Origin: an uncultured Planctomycetaceae bacterium
Lineage (GTDB): Bacteria > Planctomycetota > Planctomycetia > Pirellulales > PALSA-1355
Assembly (NCBI GenBank): GCA_963785305.1
Contig: CAWAUV010000007.1
Span: 992,001 to 1,056,000 of the forward strand
DNA: 64,000 nucleotides
Direction of reading: 5' to 3'
Part shown: one piece after another, positions 1 to 10,856 of the stretch
Layout of the letters: every line of letters starts with the position of its first letter
Position numbering within the stretch: position 1 is the stretch's first letter
Translations under genes and position numbers: made by a program
Notes under the pieces: generated by a model
Seen by the model: the letters and a program-made list of their open reading frames with translations, nothing else
Databases searched by the model: none
What the model was told of the DNA's origin: nothing

Positions 1-64
1 CAACCCCATATTGTCCTATCTCGATTTCCAGTGAAACGGCCGGCTTGCGTCCGAGGCAGCGATC

Positions 65-617
65 GTGTGCGCCGACCAGATTCCGGACGACGAAATACTC
101 TATCGACGGATTCCGCCCGGTCGGCCTTGGATCGACGCCGCCGACGTTACGACCGCCAATTTCAAACTAAATCGAAAGAGCGGTGAGGAAGGAATCTCCG
201 TATATCGAAAAGCGATAATCTCGGCCGATCATGTTTTGGCCCTGCCAGGCGCTTTGGTCGGCAGCCTCTTGGTTGAAGCCACCGCCGGTGAAATTCGAGT
301 ACTTCGCGATGGCGTCGGGACTGATCTCCATTTAGCAATCATCGCCACCGAGCACGATAACAATCCCGGCCACGCCGAGATTCGAGGACCTGAGTCGAAA
401 AAAATGGCATCCGCCGCCTCCAAAGCACTGAGAGACTTGTTCCGCCGCGCGCGGCTTTGTCTGGGCGGCCCGCTCGCCGGCGAGTGGCATGCCGCCGGCG
501 CCGAGTTCGAATACGATGGACGGCTCATCGGCGAGGAATCCGGCTGGTATCATGTCGAAGGCGATGTCTACCGCTGGTCTCCCGCCGGCGCCCCCAGAAC
601 CCAAGGCGGCGTCATGA
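65..617 (+). CDS. Hypothetical protein with possible ADP-ribosyltransferase-like (R-S-H) fold; 3' end uncertain
   Basis: ORF 65..721 has LYRRI, GISVY and NPGHAEI motifs. An alternative frame (LPPAPPEPKAAS*) stops at 615-617, overlapping the nadK ATG (ATGA), which suggests an indel near 575. Confidence 0.5.
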
Positions 618-1482
618 ATTCCGCCACACCCAAGCCGGCGCCGTGCTGCTCAGTTCCGGCGAGCGCCGCGAAATCGTCGACGAGGCCCGCCGTCTGGCGA
701 CGCTCGCGGCCGAATATTTGAACATCGAGCTCGTCGATCTCGACAGCGCCGGCAGCCTGGAAAACGTGGAATTCGAGCTGGCGATCGTCGTCGGCGGCGA
801 TGGCTCGATTCTGCGAGCCTCGCATCTCATGGGCCGGCGCCAGCGCCCGGTGGTGGGCGTGAATCTGGGACGGTTGGGGTTTTTGGCCGATCTTTCGCCC
901 GCCGATTTTCTCGCCCATCTGCCGGCGATCGCCACACTCGAGCTGCCGGTGGTCGAGCATCTGATGCTCGATTGCCGCCTGATGCGCGGCGAGACAATCT
1001 GGCGCCAGCAGTTGGGGCTCAACGAAGTCGCCATCTTTGCCGGGCCACCGTTCGCCGTGCTCGAGATCGATCTTTACGTTGACGCGGAATTGGCCACTAC
1101 CTATAGTTGCGACGGTTTGATCGTCAGCACTCCGGTCGGATCGACGGCCCACAACCTTTCGGCCGGCGGTCCGATCTTGCGCAAGAACCTGCAGGCCGTC
1201 GTCATCTCGCCGATCAGTCCCCACACACTGACCAATCGGCCGGTGGTGGACACGGCCGATCGGGTTTACGAGTTGCGCGTCCGCCGCCCGCATCCCGGCA
1301 CGACGCTGGTGTGCGATGGCAAGACGATGTCGCTCGTCGAGATCGGCGATCGGGTGCTGGTCCGCCGGGCCGATGTGGCTTTCGGCTTGGTCAAGTCGCC
1401 GGACCACAGCTATTATCGCACGCTGCGCGACAAACTGGGCTGGGGCGGCCAACTCCGCTTCAACGGCGAGTCGCCGCGGTAA
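614..1482 (+). CDS. nadK: NAD(+) kinase (indel near 637)
   Basis: GGDGS, NLGRLGFL, LNEV and DGLIVSTPVGSTAHNLSAGGP motifs. The ATG at 614 is one base out of frame with the gene body. Confidence 0.93.
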
Positions 1483-1546
1483 ACGCGAAAAAGCGCGGCC
1501 GAAGATCAAAACAGGCACTTGCGCCACCTCGAAAGGATGCGAGCAG

Positions 1547-2578
1547 ATGGTGACACGATCGAGCGTCGCGGTTCTTCTTGTCTTTGCCTTGGCCGTCGGC
1601 ACGCTCGCGATGCGCTCCGCGATCGCGGTCGACGCTCCAGCGCTCTCGGCGCCCCGATCGACCGCCGCTCAATCGCCCGCCGCCCAAGCCGCCGCGGCGC
1701 GCGCCGCGGCCCTGTCGCGACTTTCGACCGCCGACCAAGCCATCAAAGAGGCCGCCGCCGATGGCAAGTCCGACTCGGCGCGCTACGAACTGAAATACAA
1801 ATTCCGCCTAGGCGAGGTCCTGCGCAGCGAAGTGGTGCATCGGGCCACGATCGAAAACACGATCAAAGACACGAGCCAGACCGCCGAGATGCGAACCAAA
1901 AGCGTCAAGGCGTGGAAAGTCACGGAAGCGACCCCCGACCATATCACGTTTGTCCATGCCGTCGAAAGCGTCGATATGTGGCAGCGCACCCAGGGCCATG
2001 CCGAAGTGACTTACAACAGTCAGACCGACGCCAAGGCGCCGCCGGGCTATGAGGCCGTGGCCGCCGCCGTGGGAGTGCCGCTGACCGTGATCACGATGGA
2101 CCACGGCGGGGCCGTGCTTAAGCGCGAGGAGAAGCATCCGCAGCCCGACATGCAGAGTCCGCCGATCACGATTCCCTTGCCCAAGGGTCCCGTCCCGCTG
2201 GGCCATGTGTGGACCGCGCCTCTCGAAGTCGATGTGCTCGTCACCGGCGGCCAGACCCGCAAGATTCACACCCAGCAGCATTTCACGCTCGAGAAAGTGA
2301 TCGCTGATGTGGCCACGATTCAAATCGAAACCCAGGTGCTCACTCCGATCAACGACGCGACGATCGAAGCCCAACTCGTGCAGCGGCTCACGGCCGGCGA
2401 GCTGAAATTCGATATCGCCAACGGGCGCGTCGTGGGTCAGCAACTCGATCTCGATCGCCGCGTGATCGGCTGCGCCGGGGCGGGCAGCAGCATGCACTAC
2501 CTAATGCGCCTGACAGAAAAACCGTTGCCGGCCGCCGACGCCAATACCGCCAAGCGCCCCGCGACCAAGCAGCGCTGA
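1547..2578 (+). CDS. Secreted hypothetical protein (planctomycete-type)
   Basis: Hydrophobic signal-like N-terminus (MVTRSSVAVLLVFALAVG), an Ala-rich linker, then a beta-rich domain starting YELKYKF. Confidence 0.75.
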   Translation: MVTRSSVAVLLVFALAVGTLAMRSAIAVDAPALSAPRSTAAQSPAAQAAAARAAALSRLSTADQAIKEAAADGKSDSARYELKYKFRLGEVLRSEVVHRATIENTIKDTSQTAEMRTKSVKAWKVTEATPDHITFVHAVESVDMWQRTQGHAEVTYNSQTDAKAPPGYEAVAAAVGVPLTVITMDHGGAVLKREEKHPQPDMQSPPITIPLPKGPVPLGHVWTAPLEVDVLVTGGQTRKIHTQQHFTLEKVIADVATIQIETQVLTPINDATIEAQLVQRLTAGELKFDIANGRVVGQQLDLDRRVIGCAGAGSSMHYLMRLTEKPLPAADANTAKRPATKQR

Positions 2579-2617
2579 ATTGTCGCGCCAAGCGCGTTGT
2601 CCGACGCGCTAGACCCC

Positions 2618-3834
2618 TCACGGCAACCGCCGCGCGATGATCGCCATCACCTGCCGGCCAAGTCGCGCCAGGAGCAGGGTCGCCCGCCCCTCGCCGCGCG
2701 TGGCCAACTGCCGGGCAATGCCTGCCGGGTCGAGGTCCGTGCCACGCTGCTTCACCTCGAGCCGCCCGATGCCGCGTTCGGCAAGTAGCGATTTCACGCG
2801 CCGCGCGTGGAAGGGCGCCGCGGCTTCAACGGCGAAACAAGCCAGCGCCAAATCGCTCACCGGGCTCGGGCCCGTGAGATACGCCCCGCCCGGCACGAGC
2901 GATTCCAGGCCATGTTCCCGCGCGAGCGCCCCGCCCAGATCGGCGGCGAGCACGGCGGCGTCGGGCTCGAAAACAAAGGGACCGATCGCGTCGGCGACAT
3001 CCGCGGGCGACTCCCCCGCGCCGACAAGCGAACGCATCCGTGTTTCTCCACCCGCGGCGCGAATCACCGTGGCTCGGCGCTCGCCTGGCGACTTGGCGAG
3101 CGCGCAAACCAGGCAACCAGTTGCCGGCATTCGCCGCCGCGGCTGATCCATTCGAGCTCGGCCCGCGTGGCCCAATCCGCGGGCGCTCGGGCCGCCGGCG
3201 CCAGCTTGACCGCTCCCTGCGGATTCGCCGCGAGCAGCGATTCGATCATTGCCGGGCCGGGCTCGCCCAGCTCCGCTTGCGAGGTGCGCGCTCCGCGCGT
3301 CCGCCGGTCGGGATCGATATGCCAAAAGTCGGCCGCGCGAACACAATCCGGCGACACGTTCGCGGCCGACACGCGCGAGCCGGTGATCGCTGAAGACGAT
3401 AGGGCGCCCGGCGTCGCGGCGAGCGCGAGATTCGCCTCGGCCAAGGCAACCATTTCCGGATCGCGATCGATGCCCAAGGCCCGCCCACGCGCGGCAATCG
3501 CCATCAGATCCCCGCCAATCCCGCAGCAAAAGTCCACGATTCGGGCGTCCGGCGGAAAGCGTTCGGCCTTGTGGGCGGCGACCAGGGCATCGGTGGCTTG
3601 CTCGAGCGCGCGGGCGGTGAAGAACATGCGCTCCGCGAGCGGAAACTTGGCCGTGGCCCGGCGCCGCAGCGCGGCTTGCTCGGCGACTAGCGCCGCGCGC
3701 TCCGGCGAGAGCGTTTTGCGCAGCCGGGCGACGAGCGCCACCGAGCCCAGCGGGCCGAGCGCGGCGTCGGCCAGCGGGGCGCCGGCCGCGGGGCTCGTGA
3801 GCCAACGGTAGTCTTCGATCATGGGCGATGTCAT
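2618..3834 (-). CDS. Class I SAM-dependent methyltransferase with C-terminal THUMP-like domain (indel near 3090)
   Basis: ALEQAT, DFCCGIGGD and IDPDRR motifs in ORF 3064..3834. EPDAAVLAA and IGRLEVKQRG lie in the 2618 frame. Confidence 0.85.
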
Positions 3835-3987
3835 GGGCGAGGACCGAAAAACACGGGGCGCTCCACGCGCGAAATGCGAGGCAAGAAAGCTCCACGGCGC
3901 ACGCCGACCCCTTGCGTCGGCATGCGCCGGACCGATGATAAACGGATTGGCCCCGCGTTTCCATTCATCCGGATTTCACAATCGGCG

Positions 3988-4503
3988 ATGTCAACCGCGG
4001 ATCGAATGTTGGGAATGTATCTGCATCTGGCGCGGGCCAGCACACTACGACGTCAGCCGATGGTGCGCGACCGAATGTTGATCCTGGCGGCGGTCACGGC
4101 CGATGAGATGGGCCTCGCCCAAATCGCGGCGGCTTGCCGGCAGCGCGTGCTCGATCACAACGCCTACCATATGCTGCGCGATTGGGAAACGATCGCCGAG
4201 GCCCGCCAAGATACTCGCTTTCAAACCTACCTGCGAGGGCTCCGGCGCCGCTGCCCGCCGGAGAAAGCCGAACATATGCTTGTCACGCTCGGCGTGGAAT
4301 GGGTCAACGAACGGGCCGCTTATTACTCCGACGAAGAATATGCCGCCGCGCTCTTGGCCGGCACTCCGGCCAATGCTCCGGCCGAACTGGCCGCCGGCGG
4401 CAACGCCGCGCGCCCCTGGGCGCCTAGCCGCGAGCGGTGGCTGTGGCTGGCGGTGGCGCTGGTTGGGGTGGTCGCGGCCGTGGTCGCGTGGCGTTTTCGG
4501 TGA
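3988..4503 (+). CDS. Hypothetical protein with C-terminal transmembrane helix
   Basis: Intact ORF starting MSTADRMLGMYLHLARAS and ending in a hydrophobic WLWLAVALVGVVAAVVAW tail. Confidence 0.75.
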   Translation: MSTADRMLGMYLHLARASTLRRQPMVRDRMLILAAVTADEMGLAQIAAACRQRVLDHNAYHMLRDWETIAEARQDTRFQTYLRGLRRRCPPEKAEHMLVTLGVEWVNERAAYYSDEEYAAALLAGTPANAPAELAAGGNAARPWAPSRERWLWLAVALVGVVAAVVAWRFR

Positions 4504-4735
4504 CGCCCCCGGCCCTGGCAGCCTGCCGCGCCGCCGATCGATTCGATCCGCTTTAGCGGCCAAAGCGCCCAGGGCGTTTAATCGACGCTCACGGTTTGTT
4601 CCGCGCCGCCCGGCGCGGGCTGATGCCCGCGCCCCGGCGCGCCGATGCAAAGCGACACGGCCCGGATCGGCCGTCTCGGCGAGAGTTTCGTGTTCGTCGT
4701 CGACGAGTTTTCGCCAAGCATCGGGGCCGCCAGCC

Positions 4736-5428
4736 ATGATTACTCGCCCGCTCTTTTTGTCCACCATGCTCGGCGCCGCGGTGGCGCTGCCGTATGTGAT
4801 GAGCACTGAATTCCGCGGCAAGCATCCGGCCGTGGAAGCCAGCGCCGGTTCCGAATCGCTGGGCGCTCGCCCGTCGGGCGCGTCGCGGACCCGGGAGCCG
4901 CTCGCCTCGCTGGCGCCCCCGCCTGTCGGCGCGAACCCGGAGCCGACGTCAGCCGCCAATTCGCGCTTGGTCGAATCACCCGGCGGCGTGGCGCCGAGCC
5001 ACGATCCGAGCATGGCTCTCGATCAAGTGATTAATTTCAATGTCACGCCGGCCTGGGTCATGGGCCACTGGCCGCGGGTATCGGCGAGCTTGGCCGAGCT
5101 CGATTATCAAGGGTATCGCGTGCCCTTGGTGAGCGGCGCCGCGCTCGACGACTTGGCCGGCTCGCTCTCGTATTACTTCGATCGCAGCCAACATGTGGCG
5201 AAGATCAATTTCCAGGGCGCCACCGGCGACCCGCGCCGCTTGGTGCGGCTTGTGACCCAGAAGTTCGGCATGCGGCAGTGCGCGAGCGACGAGCCCGGCA
5301 CGGTGATGTACGCGGTGAAGTGGAATAACCAAATTCACAGCGAGCTGCGCATTCGCACCGCGAGCGTCGTTCGCGCGAGCGATGCCCGAGCAAACTTCGA
5401 AGTCGACCTCAAGCTGACACGCTTCTGA
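4736..5428 (+). CDS. Planctomycete conserved protein (DUF6690-like)
   Basis: N-terminal hydrophobic anchor and the segment TPAWVMGHWPRVS...RVPLVSG...DDLAGSLSYYFD. Family name is from recall. Confidence 0.6.
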   Translation: MITRPLFLSTMLGAAVALPYVMSTEFRGKHPAVEASAGSESLGARPSGASRTREPLASLAPPPVGANPEPTSAANSRLVESPGGVAPSHDPSMALDQVINFNVTPAWVMGHWPRVSASLAELDYQGYRVPLVSGAALDDLAGSLSYYFDRSQHVAKINFQGATGDPRRLVRLVTQKFGMRQCASDEPGTVMYAVKWNNQIHSELRIRTASVVRASDARANFEVDLKLTRF

Positions 5429-5449
5429 GCGGACGGATTCAAGCAAGAA

Positions 5450-5562
5450 GTCGGGTGTTCCGGCTCGATGATTTTCCCTCTTAAGGTTCGATTTCCCAAG
5501 GCCACGTTCACATGGTCGCCAACGTGGAATGGACGATCTCCGGGCGTGGTGCTCATGGCCAT
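5450..5562 (-). pseudogene. Small, probably truncated gene immediately downstream of the HEPN gene
   Basis: GGAG precedes ATG at 5562 and 5556. The FHVGDHVNVALG...GKIIE segment looks SH3/KOW-like. The reading frame then runs antisense into the neighbouring gene. Confidence 0.4.
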
Positions 5563-5566
5563 CTCC

Positions 5567-6144
5567 TTACCAGGGCGATACGTTCATTACGGAAAGCAAA
5601 TACGCGCGCATCACGTCGTCGAAGCTGACGGCAAGGAGATCGCAAACTCGTCGCCACTCTTTCACTCGTGAGAGTCTCAATTTCGTGGAACCGCCGAGCG
5701 ACCCGCGGTCGAAATCTTGGTGCGCGATCGCGTTTCTTCAATTGTTGAGTTGTTCGAGCTGGCCGAGCCGTATTTCGTTCCGCTGATCTCGACTCTTGAT
5801 TTCGTCCCAGAACGCAACACCGAACCGAGCAAAATCCGATCCGATGTTCGATGGCGACGGATTTCCGGCGTCTAGTTTCCGGCCGAGGACCATGAGGTTG
5901 CGGACGGTGGTTCTCATAAGCGAATTGGGTACTCCCCGCGCAAATAGTCCGCGCATTCCGAATGGAGATCCCGGCAAAACCCTTGGAACTGCGAGGAAAG
6001 CAACTTCGTGTAGGCGCAATTGATTTGCTGGGTCGCAAATCGTCTCCCGCGGTCTTGGCCCCCAACGCTCCGATGCGCGGCTACTATTTCATCAAGCGTG
6101 TCGCTCCGCGTGGTTCTCCAAAGATCAAGCGACTTCGAAGGCAT
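5567..6144 (-). pseudogene. HEPN-domain protein (RNAIAH motif), disrupted by an indel near 5943 and an in-frame TGA at 5738-5740
   Basis: Stitched translation: MPSKSLDLW...LSSQFQGFCRDLHSEC...KLDAGNPSPSNIGSDFARFG...LEQLNN*RNAIAHQDFD...NVSPW*. It contains the R-x4-H HEPN motif. Confidence 0.7.
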
Positions 6145-6311
6145 GAGGCAATTCGGCCTTGCGATTAGCGAAGAAACGAAGATGTTCCGGCGCCGTGTTG
6201 TTGTAAATCAATAGCTCGACCCTGAAAGCGCGCATAGCTCGGAGGACCGTACTCCCTCAAAATTCTATGCATGGCTGCGCGGCCTTACAACACTTCGCGA
6301 TCCGGCTCGTC

Positions 6312-7449
6312 TTATTGCAGCGACGCCTCCGGCTTTTTCGGCTGAGCATCGAGCGCCGCTTCCAGCTTTTTGATGCGCGCTTCGAGGGTGTCCACCCGTT
6401 CGCGCAAAGCGTCGATCTGCGCCTGGCGTTCGCTCGCGCCCGGGGGGATGTACATGCCCGGGCCCGGCGGAATCTCTTGCGGCAGGCCGATCTCCGAGGG
6501 CATGTCGCCGTTCGGGTTCAGCGATGTGTGCGGAATCATCGCCGCGTTGGGATCGGCCGGCGGGCCGCCGCCGGTGATGGTCATCTGGCGGTGCAATTCA
6601 CCGTTTTGATCGATAAACCCCACCTCCACTTGCTGGTTCGGGCCCGACGGCGCGCACCAAGCCGGCCAAGGTCGGCGGGCCATCGACCGGTTGTCCATTG
6701 AACGAGGTGATGAGCATTCCCGGCCGCACGCCGATCCTGTCGGCCGCCGAACCGCTCACGACCGAGGTGACAAGCGCGCCAAAGGTCGACGCGGAAATCT
6801 TGAACAGTCCGCGACGCTCGCCATCGAGCGTCACGGTGCGCACTCCGAGCAGCGGCCCGCCGGCCGTGGCGCCGCCCGGCGCGAGGGGTGGCGCGGCAAT
6901 GCCGCCGCCAGCGGGCGACGCCGGGTCCGAAGGCGCGGGCAACTCGGCCTGACGCCCAAACCGCGGCGAGCGGGCATCGGACGCGGGGCGAACTCCGAGC
7001 GTCACGCTCATTTGCAGCGGCACGCCCGCGCGTTCGACCTGAAAGTCGACCTTGCGACCGGCGCCGAGCGGCTCGAGCGTTTGAGCCATGTCGTCGAGCG
7101 AGCGCACCATCTTGCCATTGATCGCCACGATCAGGTCGCTCGCGGCGAGGCCAGCCTTCTCGGCCGGACCGCCCTTGAGCACTTCCAATATCCGTAGACC
7201 GCGGCCTTGGGTTTTTTGTTCGCTGGCAAACAGGCCCAGATAACCGGGAGGTTCGGCCGGTGTTTCGGGTAAACCCAGGGGATCGAGTTTGGGGCTGGCG
7301 CCGCTTGCGGCTCCGGCTTGGCGACGCACATCTTGTTCGACCTGCTGGAGCACTTGGGCCTGGGCCCACCGCGGACCGACGATCGCGTGGTAAAGCCCCA
7401 GGGTCGCGAGGGCAACGGCGGCCGACCGGGTATGGGAAAGACGTGTCAT
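6312..7449 (-). CDS. Secreted tandem-PDZ protein with C-terminal coiled coil (indel near 6630)
   Basis: Two PDZ-like units (GYLGL...GGPAEKAGLAASDLIVAING and LLGVR...GSAADRIGVRPGMLITSFNG), followed by QIDALRERVDTLEARIKKLE. Confidence 0.8.
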
Positions 7450-7658
7450 CGCGCGAGACCTCCTGGTTCAAGGGTTCAACCAGCGAATGGGCGGCTTTTG
7501 AAATCACGGATTGCAGGGCGGGCCGAAGCGACAGGCAATACTCGCCCCCGGTTGAGCCCAACCGGCGCCGCGATCCGATACTTTATTATAGGTCGCGCCG
7601 CTCGAATCACACGCGCAAGATGTGACGGTTGCAACAAATTTCCGGTATCTTGGCGGTC

Positions 7659-8626
7659 ATGGAAACCAATGCTTCGGCGACGATCGTGCGGATCGTGGCG
7701 CCCGGCGAGCCGATGCTCGACGCGGCCACGCGGCTGGCCCTGCGGAATCGGCCCGAGGAAGATCGCCGGGCCGGCCAGCAGCGGCTCCTTGCGGCGCTCC
7801 GCGCGCCGGCGGCGAATCGCCAGGGCCGGAGCTCTTTGTCGCCCGCGAGGGCGGCTGGCTTTTGGGCGCGGCGTGGGTCGAATGGCAATTGGGCGGGGCG
7901 GTCGTCTGCTCTTCGCCCCAGGTGGTCGACGATCGGCAGTCGACCGTGGCCGTGGCGCTGCTCCGGGCCGTGGCCGACGATGCCCGCTCGCGCGGGGCGG
8001 CGCTGCTGGAAGCGCTGCTCGAAGCGGCGGCCGAGGGCGAGATCGCGCGGTTTGTCGCCGCGGGCTTCGAACATGCCTGCGATTTGCTGTATTTGGTGTC
8101 GCTCGCCCGCGTGTTTCCCATGGGCGTCGAATCGCCGGCGCGGGAACTCGAATTCTTGACCGCGGGTCGAAGATGACGCCCGGCTGGCGACGATCGTCGA
8201 ACGCACCTATCAAGGCACGCTCGATTGCCCGCGATTGAACCATGTGCGCCCGGCCGAGGAGGTACTGCGCGGCTATCAGACGATCGGCGGCTTTTCCGCG
8301 AGCGATGGTGGATCGTGCGTCACTCCCAGCGCGACATCGGCTGCCTGCTTTTGGCCGACCATCCGGAGTCGAACCAGTGGGAGCTGGTCTATATGGGGCT
8401 CGTGCCCGAGGCGCGTGGCCGCGGCTGGGGCGCCAAGATCGCTCGCCATGCCCAGTGGGAGGCGCAGCGCGCGGGGCGGGAGCGACTGGTGCTGGCGGTC
8501 GACGCGGCCAACCGACCGGCGGTGGCGATGTACCAACAAGCGGGGCTGTTTGCTTGGGATCGCCGGGTGGTGCTGCTGCGGGTCTTGACAGGTGGCCCCG
8601 CGGCCCAATCACCCGAGCGCGGGTAG
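7659..8626 (+). CDS. GNAT-family N-acetyltransferase (about 3 indels)
   Basis: ELVYMGLVPEARGRGWG and VDAANRPAVAMY acetyl-CoA-binding motifs. Upstream parts lie in the 7629, 7622 and 8235 frames. Confidence 0.8.
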
Positions 8627-8914
8627 GTCGCCCGCGCGGGCGAAGAATTCTTTCCCGCGAGGCGTGTCAAGAGAGCCGACGAGAAACGTCGCGCACGAAT
8701 TTCCAAGTCGTTGTTCCATAAGACGTTGAAGCAGGGGGCACGGCCCTCCGCAACGGAGTTCTCATTCAAACCAAACAGATTTTCCACGACGGCGCCCGCT
8801 GGCCGGGGGCACCCGAATCGTAAGAAAACTTGCATTCCGCTCGCGTTTTTTGGCTACCCGGCGGCGAGGAAAAGTGGCGAGTGAAAAACCGGCGTGGGTC
8901 GGGCTCACGGCGAT

Positions 8915-8942
8915 TTGACACCCCTGCTAGCACTCGTAGAAT
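8915..8942 (+). promoter_or_regulatory. Sigma-70-type promoter of dnaA
   Basis: TTGACA-N16-TAGAAT about 170 bp upstream of the GTG at 9112. Confidence 0.65.
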
Positions 8943-9111
8943 CGTCTTCTTCGTGGTGGCAACCAATCATTCCCTGACGGCGTCGGCCGTCGAAGCTTAC
9001 GCGTTCATTCTGGCCGCGCGTCGCCTTGCTCGGGGCGATGAAAAACATACATCTGGCGCTCCGCATGGTGTATATTCGTGGCTCGGGCTGCGCGCCGAGG
9101 TCGGTCAGCTC

Positions 9112-10806
9112 GTGACCCAAAACGATACGGAAATCGTGACCGCCTTGCGAACCGCATTGGCGCTTCAGCTTGGCCAAGACCGATATGAAGTCTGGTTTGG
9201 CGAGAGTGTGCGGCTGGCGGTCGACGACAACGTATTGTCGATCACGACGCCGAACAAGTTCTCGCAAGATCGATTGCGATCGAGATTCTGCCGCGATCTC
9301 CATGCGACCTGCCAACACGTTTTTGGACGAACGATGAGCTTGGAATTTCGCATCGACGAGAACTATGCCGCCCGGCCGGAGAAACCGCGTCCGCGTGCCG
9401 AACGATCGCCAATTGCCCAAACCGCCTCGACTGCTGGCGCTGCCTTGTCTGTGAGCTTCGCCTCACTTGCGAGTGTTGCTCCAGCGGCAAATGTGGCCGC
9501 CCGTGGCGGCAATCATGCCTTGTCCCCCGCCGAAGGCCGCCCGGTCGGCACTCCGGTGTTGGCAATGAATTCGCAAGTTGCCTCGAGCGCTCCGGGCACC
9601 TTGAGCGCTCCGGGCACCTTGAGCGCGTCCGGCGTGGCGGGCGGCAAGCCGGCGGCGTTCGCGGTGTCGGCTGTTGCGGCTCGCGCGCTCGGCGACGCGG
9701 GGAGGATTGCCCGGCCCGAGGTCGATCCCGAGCTTCGCGGCCGATCGAATCTCGATCCGCCCGCGCGGCCGCGGCGGCGACTATACACGCTCGAATCATT
9801 TGTCGTGGGCGATTCGAATCGGATTGCGGCCAAGAGCGTGGAGATGGCGCTCGAGCGGCCTGGCGCGTTTTCTCCCTTGGTGCTGCATGGGCCGACCGGC
9901 GTGGGCAAGACGCATTTGATCGAGGGCATGATCGTCGGCCATCGTCAGCGGCGGCGGGGCACGGCGGTGTATCTCTCGGCCGAGCAGTTCACGAGCCAGT
10001 TTCTCGAAGCGCTCCATGGCAGCGGCGTGCCCAGCTTTCGGCGGAAGTATCGCGATGTGTCGCTCCTGGCGATCGATGACATCCAGTTCTTCGCCGGCAA
10101 GAAAGTCACGCTCGGCGAGCTTTGGCACACGATCGACACCCTGCTGCGAACCGGCGCCCAGATCGTGCTCGCGGCCGATCGTTCGCCCGCGGCGATCAAG
10201 GCGCTGGGGCCCGAGATTTCGGCTCGCTTGCAGGGCGGGGTGATCTGCCGCCTCGAACCGCCGGAATATGCGACCCGGCTGGGAATCGTGAGCCGATTGG
10301 CCGAGGAGCTGGGTGTCGCGGCGCCCGAGGAAGTGCGAGTGTACATTGCCCAGCGGCTCACGACGCAAAGCCGCGAACTGGCCGGCGCCCTCAAGCGGTT
10401 GCATGCCGCGAGTCTCGCCCACAATCGGCCCATCTCGCGCGGGCTGGCCGAGGAAACGCTCGCCGAGCTAGTGCAACAGCCGGGCCGGGCCGTGCGGCTG
10501 GCCGATATCGAGCGGGCAGTGTGCGAAGTGTTTGGGCTCGAAGCCGAGAGCCTGCAATCGAGCGGCAAGACCAAGGGCGTGAGCCATCCGCGCATGCTCG
10601 CGATGTGGCTGGCCCGAAAACACACGCAAAGCGCCCTCAGCGAAATCGGTCAACACTTCGGCCGCCGCAGCCATAGCACGGTGATCTCGGCGCAAAAGAA
10701 GATCGACATCTTGATCTCGCGCGGCGAATCGCTCGGGCTGGCCGACCGCAATTGGACGCTCGACGAAGCCGTCCGCCGAGTGGAAGAGCAACTTCGCGCC
10801 GTCTGA
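9112..10806 (+). CDS. dnaA: Chromosomal replication initiator DnaA
   Basis: Domain I (YEVWF), YTLESFVVGDSN, Walker A GPTGVGKT, Walker B LLAIDDIQF, and domain IV RMLAMWLARK...EIGQHFGRRSHSTV. GAGG precedes the GTG. Confidence 0.96.
   Translation: MTQNDTEIVTALRTALALQLGQDRYEVWFGESVRLAVDDNVLSITTPNKFSQDRLRSRFCRDLHATCQHVFGRTMSLEFRIDENYAARPEKPRPRAERSPIAQTASTAGAALSVSFASLASVAPAANVAARGGNHALSPAEGRPVGTPVLAMNSQVASSAPGTLSAPGTLSASGVAGGKPAAFAVSAVAARALGDAGRIARPEVDPELRGRSNLDPPARPRRRLYTLESFVVGDSNRIAAKSVEMALERPGAFSPLVLHGPTGVGKTHLIEGMIVGHRQRRRGTAVYLSAEQFTSQFLEALHGSGVPSFRRKYRDVSLLAIDDIQFFAGKKVTLGELWHTIDTLLRTGAQIVLAADRSPAAIKALGPEISARLQGGVICRLEPPEYATRLGIVSRLAEELGVAAPEEVRVYIAQRLTTQSRELAGALKRLHAASLAHNRPISRGLAEETLAELVQQPGRAVRLADIERAVCEVFGLEAESLQSSGKTKGVSHPRMLAMWLARKHTQSALSEIGQHFGRRSHSTVISAQKKIDILISRGESLGLADRNWTLDEAVRRVEEQLRAV
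9585..9626 (+). repeat. 18-bp tandem repeat (2.3 copies) encoding SAPGTL in the DnaA linker
   Basis: GAGCGCTCCGGGCACCTT twice, then GAGCGC. Confidence 0.9.
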
Positions 10807-10856
10807 GCGACGCGACGGCCACGCCATCGCCCGCCGTCCTTGGCGCCAAACCGGGC

